Source: Mobula hypostoma
Taxonomy: Eukaryota
Direction: 5' to 3'
Assembly (NCBI RefSeq): GCF_963921235.1
Contig: NC_086108.1
Location: forward strand, 82,834,001 to 82,898,000
Length of the DNA: 64,000 nt
The position numbers and the translations under genes were made by a program. Below are positions 1 through 11,452 of the stretch, piece by piece; the stretch's first letter is position 1, and the number at the start of each line of letters is the position of its first letter. The notes beneath the pieces are model-generated. The model saw only the letters and a list, made by a program, of their open reading frames with translations. It searched no databases and was not told where the DNA came from.

Positions 1-744
1 TGTGCTGCATGATTCTACAGCTCGAAGACTATAACCCTAAATGTGACAATCTCTCAGTGCTCTGCAGCAATATGGACAGTAAAAGTGTACTGCAAAATTA
101 GTCGCCAATACAAAAATCTGTACTGAATTTTGGAGCAAAACCCGTTCAATACTTCATTGCTTTTGACTGCTGAATACTCTGTTGTTCCATTAAATATAAA
201 CATTCGGAAGACAGATGTGCTATTTTCCGAACAACAAATTAAAATAAACTTTCATCATTCTTTCAGTATCACGTAAATTTGATTGTGTTTAGTGTTACTG
301 ATGTTAATCTAGTTACTTTTCATGTATGTTTTCAAATTAAACATGTTCTTCTGCTTCCCTGTTTTTTTGTGGTCTCCGTGTATTATCCATATAATAATTT
401 TGATACTCACACAACAGCTGAACCCTTTGGGACTCAATACTGAATTCAACACATTCAGATAATCATCCCTTCTCCTTTAAGCCAGAACTGACCTATCTTA
501 ATTAAGTTCTTTGACTAATAACATTATCCTAGTTTTTCTTTTTCCACTGATTCTAGCTGATTTGTTCAATATTGCCATATTCACTCTTATGTCATTTTTC
601 CAGCAAAGCTGATCAGAATATCATAGTTCTAACGCTGTTTTCCCTCCCCATTTCCTCACTAATCTTTCTCCATCAAATCTCCTCTGGAAAGGTATTCATT
701 ACCTTCACTTAGCGAGCTCTTGTGTCATTTGGGGTACATAGAGT

Positions 745-1048
745 CTGACAGAGGTACAACATGGATACAAGCCCTTTGGCCCACTGAATCCACACTAACC
801 ACCAACCGCCTACTCTAATCCTATATAGTCACTATAATGAAGCGATTATACGTTAATCCTCTTTTTTTATTCTCCAGCATTCTTATCAACTCCTCCCAGA
901 TTCTGCCATTTGTGTACACACCAGCAAATATTTTGAATGACGAATTAACCTATGAAACTACACGACTTTGGTATGTGGGAAGAAACCTGAGTACCCAATG
1001 GAAACCCACATGGTCATAGAGAAGAGGTGCAAACTCCATGCAGACAGC
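745..1048 (-). mobile_element. HE1-like V-SINE with CR1-derived tail, degenerate
   Basis: Reverse complement resembles the V-SINE core (GGGTTTCC..GGGTACTCAGGTTTCTTCCCACATACCAAAG) followed by a CR1-like 3' end. Confidence 0.6.
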
Positions 1049-1058
1049 TGATATTTTA

Positions 1059-1465
1059 AGACCATAAGACCATAGACAAAGGAGCAGAAGTCAGCCATTC
1101 GGCCCATCGAGTCTGCTCTGCCATTTTATCATGAGCTGATCCATTCTCCCATTTAGTCCCACTCCCCCCCCCCAGTTCTCACCATAACCTTTGATGCCCT
1201 GGCTACTCAGATACCTATCAATCTCTGCCTTAAATACACTCAATGACTTGGCCTCCACTGCCGCCCGTGGCAACGAATTCCATAGATTCACCACCCTCTG
1301 GCTAAAAAAATGTCTTCGCATTTCTGTTCTGAATGGGCGCCCGTCAATCCTTAAGTCATGCCCTCTCATACTAGACTCCCCCATCATGGGAAACAACTTT
1401 GCCACATCCACTCTGTCCATGCCTTTCAACATTCAAAATGTTTCCATAAGGTCTCCCCTCATTCT
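1059..1465 (-). mobile_element. CR1 LINE, 5'-truncated 3' end
   Basis: ORF 1091..1432 has the CR1 ORF2 C-terminus (FFSQRVVNLWNSLP..FKAEIDRYL); tail resembles (TCTTATGG)n. Confidence 0.92.
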
Positions 1466-1504
1466 TTTGCTTATGAAACAGTTACTGAACCAGTCCAAAG
1501 GACT

Positions 1505-1640
1505 GCACTAGTAACTCAGACATACCAGTTTAAATCCCACAATGGCAGGCAAAAAAAAAACAATCATTAGCACTGATGACAGAAAAGTTACCAAGCTGTT
1601 GTAAAAACACGTTCGGTTCACTTACATCCTTTAGGCCTTA
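1505..1640 (+). mobile_element. Ancient DeuSINE/SacSINE-like fragment
   Basis: TTGTAAAAACACGTTCGGTTCACTTACATCCTTTAGG resembles the conserved domain of this SINE group, recognised from memory. Confidence 0.4.
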
Positions 1641-1749
1641 AGCTTAGGGGGAGGCCATCTGGCAACCTTCAGACAGTCAGGACTATCATCACCGACATAA
1701 GTTGCAAAATTTGTTGTTTACCATGACGAATAACAAGGTAACAGCTATG

Positions 1750-2893
1750 TGTTCATAAGATATAGGAGCAGAATTAGACTATTTGGTCCATAGAGTCTGC
1801 TCCACCATTTAATCATGGCTGATCTATTTTTCCTCTCAGCCCCAATCTCCTGCTTCTCCCCATATCTCTTCATGCCCTGACCAATCAAGAACCTATCAAC
1901 CTCTGCCTTAAATATACATAAAGACTTGACCTCCACAGCCCCCTGTGACAACGAATTCCACGGATTCACCACTCTCTGACTAAAGGCATTCCTCCTTATC
2001 TCTGTTCTAAAAGGAGCCCTCTATTCCAAGGCGGTCCTTTGGTCTTAAACTCTGCCACCATAACAAACATCCTCTCCATGTCTACGCTGTTGAGGCCTTT
2101 GAGCATTTGATAGGTTTCAGTTAGTTCTGAATTCCAGTGAATACAGGCCCAGAGCCATCAAATGCTCTTCATATGACAAGCCATTCAATTCTGGAATCAT
2201 TTTCGTGAACCTCTTTTGAACCCTCTCCTGTGTCAACAAATCCTTTTTAAGAAAAGGGACCCAAAACTGCTCATAATACGCCAAAGTGAGGCCTCACCAG
2301 TTCTTTATGAAGCCTCAACATTACATCCTTGCTTTTATATTCGAGTCCACTTGAAATGAATGCTAACATTGCATTTGCCTTCCTCACCACTGATACAACC
2401 TTCAAATGAACTTTTAGGGAATCTCCCAAGTCCCTTTGCAACTCAGAGTTTTGAATTTTCTCTCCATTTAGAAAATAATCTATCCTTTGATTTCCTCTAT
2501 CCAAGTATATGACTGTATTACATCTGCCACTTCTTTGCCCATTTTCCTAATCTGTCTAAGTCCTTCTGCAGCCTTTCTACTTTGTCAAAACTACCTACCT
2601 TTCCACGTATCTTCACATTGCCTGCAAACTTTGCAACAAAGCCATCAATTCCACATCCAAATCATTGAAATAAAACATAAAAAGAATCAGTCCCAACACA
2701 GACCCCCGTGGAACACCACTGGTCACGCCAGCCACAGCCAGCCAGAAAAGGCTCCATTTATTCCCACTCTTTGTCTCCAGCCAAACAGCCAGTGCTTTAT
2801 CTTTGCTAGTGTCTTTCTTGTAATACCATGAGCTTGTAGCTTCTTAAGTAGCCTCACGTGCAGCACCTTGTCAAAGGCCTTCAGAAAATCCAA
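1750..2893 (-). mobile_element. CR1 LINE, decayed RT and 3' end
   Basis: ORF fragments LDFLKAFDKVLH, KANAMLAFIS..LVRPH, VNPWNSL..FKAEVDRFL. Confidence 0.92.
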
Positions 2894-3042
2894 GTTCGTG
2901 GACTGTTCAGAATGTTGATGATGGAGGGGAAATCTTAAGGATGAACAATAGTTCATTGAAAGTAGGGAGCAAACGATATCTGGCTGATAAAGGATCCAAG
3001 GGATATGGGAATAGTACTGGAAAACAGAGCTGAGAGAGATCA

Positions 3043-3248
3043 ACAGGAATTCTGCAGATGCTGGAAATTCAAGCAACACACATCAAAGTTGCTGGTGAAC
3101 GCAGCAGGCCAGGCAGCATCTCTAAGAAGAGGTACCGTCGACATTTCAGGCTGAGACTCTTCGTCAGGACTAACTTCGACGGTACCTCTTCCTAGAGATG
3201 CTGCCTGGCCTGCTGCGTTCACCAGCAACTTTGATGTGTGTTGCTTGA
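3043..3248. mobile_element. Miniature Penelope-like element made of inverted terminal (pLTR) pieces
   Basis: ~3070-3142 is the reverse complement of 3176-3248; same family as the ends of the GIY-YIG element at 7893-9572; candidate TSD GAGATCA at 3036-3042 and 3251-3257 inside a CR1 tail. Confidence 0.88.
3137..3170 (-). ncRNA. Degenerate minimal type-I hammerhead ribozyme motif
   Basis: Minus strand reads GUC-CUGACGA-AGAGUCUCAGCCU-GAAA-UGUC-GAC; stem II and the helix-III palindrome are mutated. Confidence 0.6.
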
Positions 3249-3374
3249 CGGAGATCAGGCTAGATATTGGTGACAAGCAGAATGGTTCTGTAATACCAGA
3301 ATGCATATTCCTAATTCTTGTTTTCTTGTGCTCTTATCGAGATTCTCTTCATTTCTACTTTTTAACAAGCAATG

Positions 3375-3530
3375 TCTTTGCTCTCTCAACTTCTTTGTAA
3401 CTTAAAACACACCTGTTTTGTCGGTTCTCCAGTTTTGATGCAAGCTCATTGACCTGAAGCACTACATCTGCTTCCTTCTCCCCAGATGCAGCCTGACCTG
3501 CTGAGTATTTCAGGTGCTTGCTATTTTCAG
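3375..3530 (+). mobile_element. Old Penelope-like terminal fragment
   Basis: CAGATGCAGCCTGACCTGCTGAGTATTTC matches the pLTR motif of younger copies. Confidence 0.55.
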
Positions 3531-6118
3531 TTTATACTAGTAAACATACAAATAATCTAAAACATATACATTTCAAAAATACTTAACTGAAAATAACAAT
3601 TCTGAATCATTTGAATTGCATCTCAAAATATATTTCTCTATGAAATCTCAAATTTTACATTAATGTTAATGTTAAGCAAGAATGGCTTCATATCCTTTTC
3701 TCCCTTCTCCTAGCTGCACATTAATGTATAACCTCCCAAATTCCTGCATATTTATAAATGTTCTGTTTAAGGACGCACTGAATCATCCACTCAATCGCCC
3801 CCTCATAGACATGGAGATCATATGAGCCTTTTTCTGTAGATTATGCATTTGTCCCCTATATTCCCTTGATGGTTTCTCTGTAATTTTTGCCAGCACGCTG
3901 ATGAGTGAAAACATATGTGGAAACAATGAGGTGATGATAATTTACTAAATAGTGAGGAAATATAATAGTTACACCTGGTTGACACCAGCATTTCTCATGA
4001 ATTTATAAGAGCCGCATCCAGAGTGGAATTGTGTAGCGGAAATTGCAAGTTTGGCGATGGTTGGTTACACCTCCATGGAGGATACACATTTTCTGCCAGC
4101 TCTGTTTCTTTAACCATTACTGTCCTACAAGCACATTATGCCAACTGGCTAGGATCATACTGTCAATCCCAACCATTACTGGCATTTAAGAGCTAACAAG
4201 TTCCAATACGGCAGCTCATTCAGTTAATTAGAAACTAATTTTCTTCAATTGTGATTAACCTTAAAATGACAGGGAAGTTTTGTTGGAAGAAAATAATAGT
4301 AAAAATATATAAAAATGTGTAGAAGAAAATGAAAAGGAATGTATTTTTGGTTAAGAATTGCATTTCTAGTGCTCAGTTTATTTTGAATTGCAATACAATA
4401 ACAATAAATTTCCTGCTAATTCATGAATGGTTTTAATAGATTTAAATGTATTTGTTTCAGTGTCACGAGTTGAAAATTATAAAGTGATTAACCTAACAGA
4501 ATTGAAAATTCTTGTTACATGCTTGGAGTTGAATTATTAATATCCAGGCTTAGAGTCATTGCAGTCTCTTCTTAAAACATTATTGGCATACTGCCTTATC
4601 CTTGTACTCAGCTCATCTCCAGATCTCACGTTTATAGTTCTAATGGAATCATCGTTAACTTATTGTTAGTCATATTTAATTTTTATAAAAATCAATTCCT
4701 GACAACCTATGCATTAAGAAATTTTTAAAACTGCATGTGATATTCACAAAACTTGGTAGTGCACCCCTTTTTTTTTAATAGATACTTATGCATTCTGTTT
4801 TAGTGTCATTGACCTCTCTTGCTGAAATATTTTCATGGAATATATTCCAGTTGATCATCAAAAGGGAAAAAAATACACTTAGCATATTATTAGTACCTGT
4901 GGCAATGTTACATCTGTGCACAGCTGCTTCTGGGTAAAAACTGATATGCTGTAGTTACAACATAACCCTGCTGACTTCAGTGAGGACTAATGAGAATATT
5001 TTAACAATCTTTTCCCCTTAGAATGTTATTTAGGGTTATTGCTTTTGTTTAAAAAAGAACATTATATTGTCATTTAGCATCTTTCATGGATTAGTACCAG
5101 GATTGAGTTGAATGTCAAGAACTCTGCTCACGTATATATTTCTCTGTCCCAGATATATGAAGCTAATTGACTCACTAGATACCTATAAATGATTTAATAG
5201 ATGTGCCTGTAAATGTCCCTTCATGTTGAAACACTGTGGCAGCTTGTGATGAAAGTAGGCCATCCTGACACTTAATATCTGTCCCATATGAAGATAACTG
5301 CCATTATATTAATATGACACTGACTATTCTGAGCTTACATTACAGAACATCAATGTGCTGTATTATGTAATGACTGAACCAACTCCTTTGATTCCCAGAA
5401 GGGTGGAAGTAACAAAAGTTAGAGGGTAGTCATCAATTATAAACATGGGCAATGACTTGAACTAGCGATGGCAAATCAGTTATGAAAAGAATAAATTGTT
5501 TTAAACTTTGGAATGTTTCAGAATTGTGTGAAATCCAACTGACGTGGCCAATCCAAGAATTTGTTTCCATTGTAGCCAAATATTCCAGTGCATGGATTTC
5601 CTGATCCAGGCATTAGATGTTCACTGTGAAGTTTTTATTTGGTATGTAACCTCCTTTAGTTCTTGACAACCAATGTACATATTCTCCACCACTGCTACTT
5701 CTCTTATTCTTTGCCATATCTTCCCATCAGGCAGGAGTGAACTTTTGCAGTCAATGTTCCCAGGGAACCATCTTCAACTTGCTTTTTATTTTTATACCAT
5801 CCTATTCACAAACACATCCTAACATCCATTCTGAAGAAACAGAATAAGGTTTATTATCACTGTCAAGGGTCCTGAAATTTGTTTTGCAGCAACAAGACAA
5901 GGAAGTTACCTTAAGTTACAAACATAAACAAATAATGCAAGAGATGAATAACAAGGTAGAGTTCATGGTTTTATGCACTGAGGATGTTGTTCTGAAAACA
6001 GAGTCTGAAGATCTACCAATAAAGTGAAATGGTAAGCAACATATTGGATTGATTTCACTTCACTTGCCTTCTCACCATCGCTATGTATACTGTACACCAC
6101 CTAGCGTCACTTTATATA

Positions 6119-6642
6119 CACCCAGTGGCCACTTTGTTAGGTACGCCTGTACATTGGCTCATTAATACAAATGTAGCAGCAATTCAATGCATAAATGCAT
6201 GCAGGCATGGTCAAGAAGTTTACTTGTTGTTCAGACCAAACAATGGGGAAGAAATGTGATCTAAGTGACTTTAAGCACGAAATGATAGTTGGTGGCAGGT
6301 GAGGTGGTTCGAGTATCTCAGAAAGTGCTAATCTCCTGAGATTTTCACATCCAACAGTCTCTAGAAATGAGAGAAAATGGTGCAAAAAAAAAATCCATGA
6401 GTGGCAGTCCTGTGGATGAAAATGCTTGTTAATGAGAGAGATCAGAGGAGAATGCCCATTCTGTTTCAAGCTGACAGAAAGGCAACAGTAACTCACATAA
6501 CCACGTGTTACAACAGTGGTGTGCAGAAGAGCAACTCAGAATACAACATGTTGAACTCTGAAGTGAACGTTCTACAGTAGCAACAGACCACAATCATACG
6601 CTCAGCAGTCAGGAGTTACCTAATAAAGTGGGCCACTGAGTG
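6119..6642 (+). mobile_element. Non-autonomous Tc1 DNA transposon (internal deletion derivative)
   Basis: TIRs CACCCAGTGGCCACTTTGTTAGGT and ACCTAATAAAGTGGGCCACTGAGTG, each flanked by TA; ATG at 6243 gives MGKKCDLSDFKHEMIVGGR, a Tc1 transposase N-terminus. Confidence 0.88.
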
Positions 6643-7149
6643 TATTTAACAGCTACTTGTGCATTGTTTTTTAAAGCATTGCTTTATATTTATTGTGTTT
6701 TCTTGTGCTTTTTGTGTTCTTTATGCTTGGTGTTTTTTAAAGCTGCATTTGGATCCAGAGTAACAATCATCTCATTTTCTCTATACTTATGTATTGTATA
6801 GCCAATAAACAATCTTGAATCTTGAAAATAAGGTTCAAATGTAAGTCAGACTGATGAGGAGTTTTTCCTATTTTCAATGTCTGTGATTGCTCCCAGCTAT
6901 TGGACAAACTGGCACCCTTTTATCACTGGAAATGAATTAGCGTCAAAATAATTCCCAAAATATTAAATTTAAGAACAAAAGATGCACATGTCAGTCAGCA
7001 TCTCACATCTGCTCTGTCGGTTACTAAGATCATGGCAGGCCTTCCCCTGTCCTTTCATGGGACAAACCTAACATCCACTCATCTTCTTTATATCCAAAAA
7101 TTTATCTATGCTCACCTTGAAAATATTCTGAAATTAAATCCCAGCAATG

Positions 7150-7231
7150 CAGTGATTCCCAACCTGGGGCCCACGGATCGCTCGTTTAATGGTAAGGCTC
7201 CTTGGCATAAGAAAAAGGTTGGGAACCCCTG
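7150..7231 (-). mobile_element. ~80-bp hAT (Charlie-like) MITE, copy 1
   Basis: Ends CAGTGATTCCCAACC and GGTTGGGAACCCCTG; reverse-orientation homologue of the copies at 9998 and 28037. Confidence 0.75.
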
Positions 7232-7322
7232 CTTAGGGCATAGAATTCCAATGATTTACAAGGTTCTGGGTGAAAATAATCTCTCCTCCTCCCAGTCATG
7301 AAATTACCATACCCATGCACTA

Positions 7323-7630
7323 GGGCAGCACAGTAGCATGGTGATTAGCACAATGCAGCACAGTGCCAGCTGTAAGATTAGGGTTTGAATTTCTGCCACT
7401 GTCTGTAAGGAGTTTGGATATTTTCTGTGACTGTGTGTGTTATCTCTAGGTGCACCAATTTCCTTCCAAATTCCAAAACCCTACTGGTCAGGGTTTATTA
7501 ATTGTGGGCATTCTATGTTGGTGCTGGAAGCATGGCAACACTTGTGGGCTGCCCCCAGCACAATGTTGATTGTTGCAAAGTGACACATTTCATTGTATGC
7601 TTTGATATACATGTGACAAATAAAGCTAAC
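7323..7630 (+). mobile_element. HE1-like V-SINE
   Basis: tRNA-like head (GGCAGCACAGTAGCATGGTGATTAGCAC..GGTTTGAATT), V-domain remnant, tail GTGACAAATAAAGCTAA. Confidence 0.7.
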
Positions 7631-7990
7631 CTCAGTTTCCCTTATTTTGCGACAGCAACTTCTGGTCGTAGACACACAACCAGGTGAAAACATTATCCTG
7701 CATCAATTCCATCCAGTTCCTATCAGAGTTTTGGACACTTCAGTGATAGCACTACTTCTTCATCTAAACTGAGAGGAAGATGGGTCTGGATTGTTTAATC
7801 TTTCCTCATAGGACAAACCCAAGTAATTATTCTGGTGAGCCTTCAGTACCCTCCTATCATAAGAACATCCTTGTCTTGATAGAGAGACCACTAACACGAG
7901 GAATTCTGCAGATGCTGGAAATTCAAGCAACATACATCAAAGTTGCTGGTGAACGCAGCAGACCAGGCAGCATCTCTAGGAAGAGGTACA

Positions 7991-8024
7991 GTCGACGTTT
8001 CGGGCTGAGACCCTTCATCAGGAC
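7991..8024 (-). ncRNA. Minimal type-I hammerhead ribozyme with intact core
   Basis: Minus strand reads GUC-CUGAUGA-A-GGG(UCUCAG)CCC-GAAA-CG-UC^GAC: both catalytic boxes, stem I GUC/GAC, stem II GGG/CCC, palindromic ACGU helix III. Confidence 0.85.
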
Positions 8025-8324
8025 GAACTGAAGGAAGAGCTGGTAAGAGATTTGAAAGTGGGAGTGGGAGGGGGAGATCCAAAATGATAAGAGAAGACAG
8101 GAGGGGGAGGGATGGAGCCAAGAGCTGGACAGGTGATAGGCAAAAGGGATATGAGAGGATCATGGAACAGGAGGCCCAGGGAGAAAGAAAAGGGGAGGGG
8201 GGGAAACCCAGAGGATGGGCAAGGGGTATAGTGAGAGGGACAGAGGGAGAAAAAGAAGAGAGAGAGATAAAGAATGTGTGTATATAAATAAATAACGGAT
8301 GGGGTACGAGGGGGAGGTGGGGCA

Positions 8325-8968
8325 TTAGCAGAAGTTTGAGAAGTCAATGTTCATGCCATCAGGTTGGAGGCTACCCAGATGGAATATAACGTGTTGTATC
8401 GGCTTCATCTTTACAGTAGAGGAGGCCATGGATAGACATGTCAGAATGGGAATGGGATGTGGAATTAAAATGTGTGGCCACTGGGAGATCCTGCTTTCTC
8501 TGGCGGAGCATAGGTGTTCAGCAAAACGATCTCCCAGTCTGCGTTGGATCTCGCCAATATATAGAAGGCCACATCGGGAGCACCAGACGCAGTATATCAC
8601 CCCAGCCGACTCACAGGTGAAGTGTTGCCTCACCTGGAAGGACTGTTTGGGGCCCTGAATGGTGGTAAGGGAGGAAGTGTAAGGGCATGTGTAGCACTTG
8701 TTCGGCTTACAAGGATAAGTGCCAGGAGGGAGATCGGTGGGGAGGGATGGGGGGATGAATGGACAAAGGAGTCGTGTAGGGAGTGATCCCTGCGGAAAGT
8801 GGAATGTTGGGGGGAGGGAAAGATTTGCTTAGTGGTGGGATCCTGATGGAGGTGGCGGAATTTACGGAGAATAATATGTTGGACCCAGAGGCTGGTGGGG
8901 TGGTAGGTGAGGACAAGGGGAACCCTATTCCTAGTGGGGTGGCGGGAGGATGGAGTGGCTCTGTCCAC
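8325..8968 (-). pseudogene. Penelope ORF C-terminus: post-RT linker and GIY-YIG endonuclease, frameshifted
   Basis: RVPLVLTYHP in 8630..8968 and FTCESAGVIYCVWCSRCGLLYIGEIQRRLGDRFAEH in 8325..8633. Confidence 0.92.
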
Positions 8969-9471
8969 CAGAGAAAGCAGGATCTCCTAGTGGCCACACA
9001 TTTTAATTCCAAACCCCATTCCCATTCTGATATGTCTGTCCATGGCCTCCTCTACTGTAAAGATGAAGCCACACTCAGGTTGGAAGAACAACACCTTATA
9101 TTCCATCTGGGTAGCCTCCAATCTGATGGCATGAACATCGACTTCTCAAACTTCCACTAATGCTCCACCTCCCCCTCGTAACTCATCCAGTATTTATTTA
9201 TATACACACATTCTCACACTCTCTCTCTCTCTCTCTCTCTCTCCTTTTCTCCCTCTGTCCCTCTCACTGTACCCCTTGCCCATCCTCTGGGCTCTCCCCC
9301 CCCCCTTTTCTTTCTCCCTGGGCCTCCTGTCCCATGATCCTCTCATATCTCTTTTGTCAATCAACTGTCCAGCTCTTGGCTCCATCCCTTCCTGTCCTGT
9401 CTTCTCCTATCATTTTGGATCTCCCCCTCCCCCTCCCACTTTCAAATCTCTTACTAGCTCTTCCTTCAGTT

Positions 9472-9507
9472 AGTCCTGACGAAGGGTCTCTGCCCGAAAC
9501 ATCGACT
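9472..9507 (+). ncRNA. Minimal type-I hammerhead ribozyme, inverted copy
   Basis: AGUC-CUGACGA-A-GGG(UCUCUG)CCC-GAAA-CA-UC^GACU; ACGU palindrome mutated to ACAU. Confidence 0.78.
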
Positions 9508-9619
9508 GTACCTCTTCCTAGAGATGCTGCCTGGCCTGCTGCGTTCACCAGCAACTTTGATGTGTGTTGCTGGAGAGACCACTCCCTGTTCTTGGTATTC
9601 CAGATGTGAGCTCCCCACA

Positions 9620-11300
9620 GTCCTCTGTAACTTCAACAAGAGGTTTCAATAGGTGGTAGTTGAATTCTTTTTCAATAAAGTCTAATGTGACATTTAGCTT
9701 CCCAATTGCTTACTGTATCTGCACTGTATTGACAATGATTGATCTGCCAGGACATTTAGATCCCGGTAACACCAGTACCTTTCAATTTCCTAACAAGTAC
9801 TCAAAGTAAAGGGTTGGCAATTCACAAATGAGATAAAGAGAAATTTTTAATCTTTATGTAAGATTTTATCATATTATGATCACTCTTCCCTAAATGCTCC
9901 TTGATCACCAGATTTTAACTAACACTTTCTCTTTGCACAATACTAGATCTGAAATAGCCAATACCCTTGTTAAATCCTCAGTATATTAATCTAGATATAG
10001 GGGATTCCAACCTTCATGCCATAGACCAATACCATTAAGTAAGGGGTCTGTGGACCCCAGGTTGGCAACCTCTGATCTAGAAAGTAATCTCTTATGCCCT
10101 CCATGAATTCATCCTCCAGACTATTATTGTTAACTGATTTCCTAGATGACATTCCCCATAATTATACTATTTTTTTTAAATGCACCTCTAGTTTCATGAT
10201 TTATACTATGTCCTTCATTACTACTACCGCCAGGAACCAAAGACAACTCTTATAAAGAGTTTCTGGCTGTTGTTTCGTAGCTCCACACAAATAATATACC
10301 TTCACTTTCTGAACTATGATCCCCTTTGTATCGCCAATATCTTGTTCTTTATTAACATGATTTCTTCTATTTTACCTGTCTCTTCTAAAAATTAAGTATC
10401 CTTGATATTTTAAATTCTCAAACTTACTTTGCAAGCACATCTGTGCAACAGCTAGTAGATTATACTCATTTACTTTATTCTAATTGGAGGCATAGTTTTG
10501 TGTTTGTACATTCTGTCCTGTCAGACTCAGGTCACTAACACCAATTTTGTTGTCTTTCACAATGGTCTTGACCTTTTTCCATTAACTTGGTACATTTTAT
10601 CTCACCTTTTCTGCAACCCTATTCAATGTTTTTAAGACATTTGTCACAGTTTAATGCAAATGAAGCCAGTAGAATGGCTTTTTTTTCCTTATACTGGTTC
10701 TAAATGCTTATGAACTGACAGCACTTTCCCTACTGCAATCTTTCATTAATTTTGTACTCTGATCCTATGAACAGAATACCAATTTGCATTTAGCTCAGGT
10801 AGTAATCTAAAGATTTTACCTTTGTTGTTTACCTTTTAATTGGAGTAGAAATACATTCAATGGAACTTCCTTCTATACCTTATCTTCATTGTTGTTTCCC
10901 ACATTGACCACAACAATCAACTTTACTTCTTCCACTCCAATTCTGGCAAGACCCACAGTGTTTAGGATGTGACTTCAGAGAACAGTGCATATCCCATCAG
11001 TATATAGTCCATATCACAATTACTTTCCTCTTCATTTTCCTCAATTCATTCTCCCCCTTGTATCATGACGCAGTGGCCAGTTTAGTCATCCTCCCTGCAG
11101 CCTGTATTTTACATAGCTGCAAAAACTCCTTATCTATTAGACAGGTTATATCTTCTGCTTCTGCCCACCTGCCTCAGTGATATCCGCACCCTCTAGTCAT
11201 TCTTGACGGACCAGTTCTACAGTCTTCAGGAAGAGGTGTTCCACTCTTCAGGAACAGTGTCTATTTCACTGTCCTCCCTGATAGTTTTAAATATCGAACT
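9620..11300 (-). mobile_element. Very old CR1-like LINE remnant
   Basis: Patchy similarity to the CR1 endonuclease region at 25400-26000 (e.g. CCCCATAATATT, TATCCTTGATATTT). Confidence 0.4.
9998..10074 (+). mobile_element. ~80-bp hAT MITE, copy 2
   Basis: TAGGGGATTCCAACC...GGTTGGCAACCTCTG with ATCTAGA on both flanks, matching the NTCTAGAN Charlie-type target. Confidence 0.75.
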
Positions 11301-11357
11301 CTCAACAACAGCTCATCAAGGTTCAGCCGGTATAGAGTCAGCTGGACATAGGGCTTA

Positions 11358-11452
11358 CCAGATAATCAGGTAACCAACTAGAAATGGTTAACTGAAATCA
11401 GCTGACTCTAGACTTCAGTGAACCATTTCTGGCTGGTTACCTGATCTTCTGG
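11358..11452. repeat. Inverted repeat (hairpin) with 39-bp arms and 17-nt loop
   Basis: 11358-11396 versus reverse complement of 11414-11452 match at 34/39 positions. Confidence 0.9.

Larger units (their letters stand above)
7893..9572 (-). mobile_element. Penelope-like retroelement (Neptune-type), 5'-truncated, with ~600-bp inverted terminal duplication
   Basis: GIY-YIG remnant; ~7925-8510 is inverted at ~8960-9570; 11-bp TSD GAGAGACCACT at 7882-7892 and 9573-9583. Confidence 0.93.
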
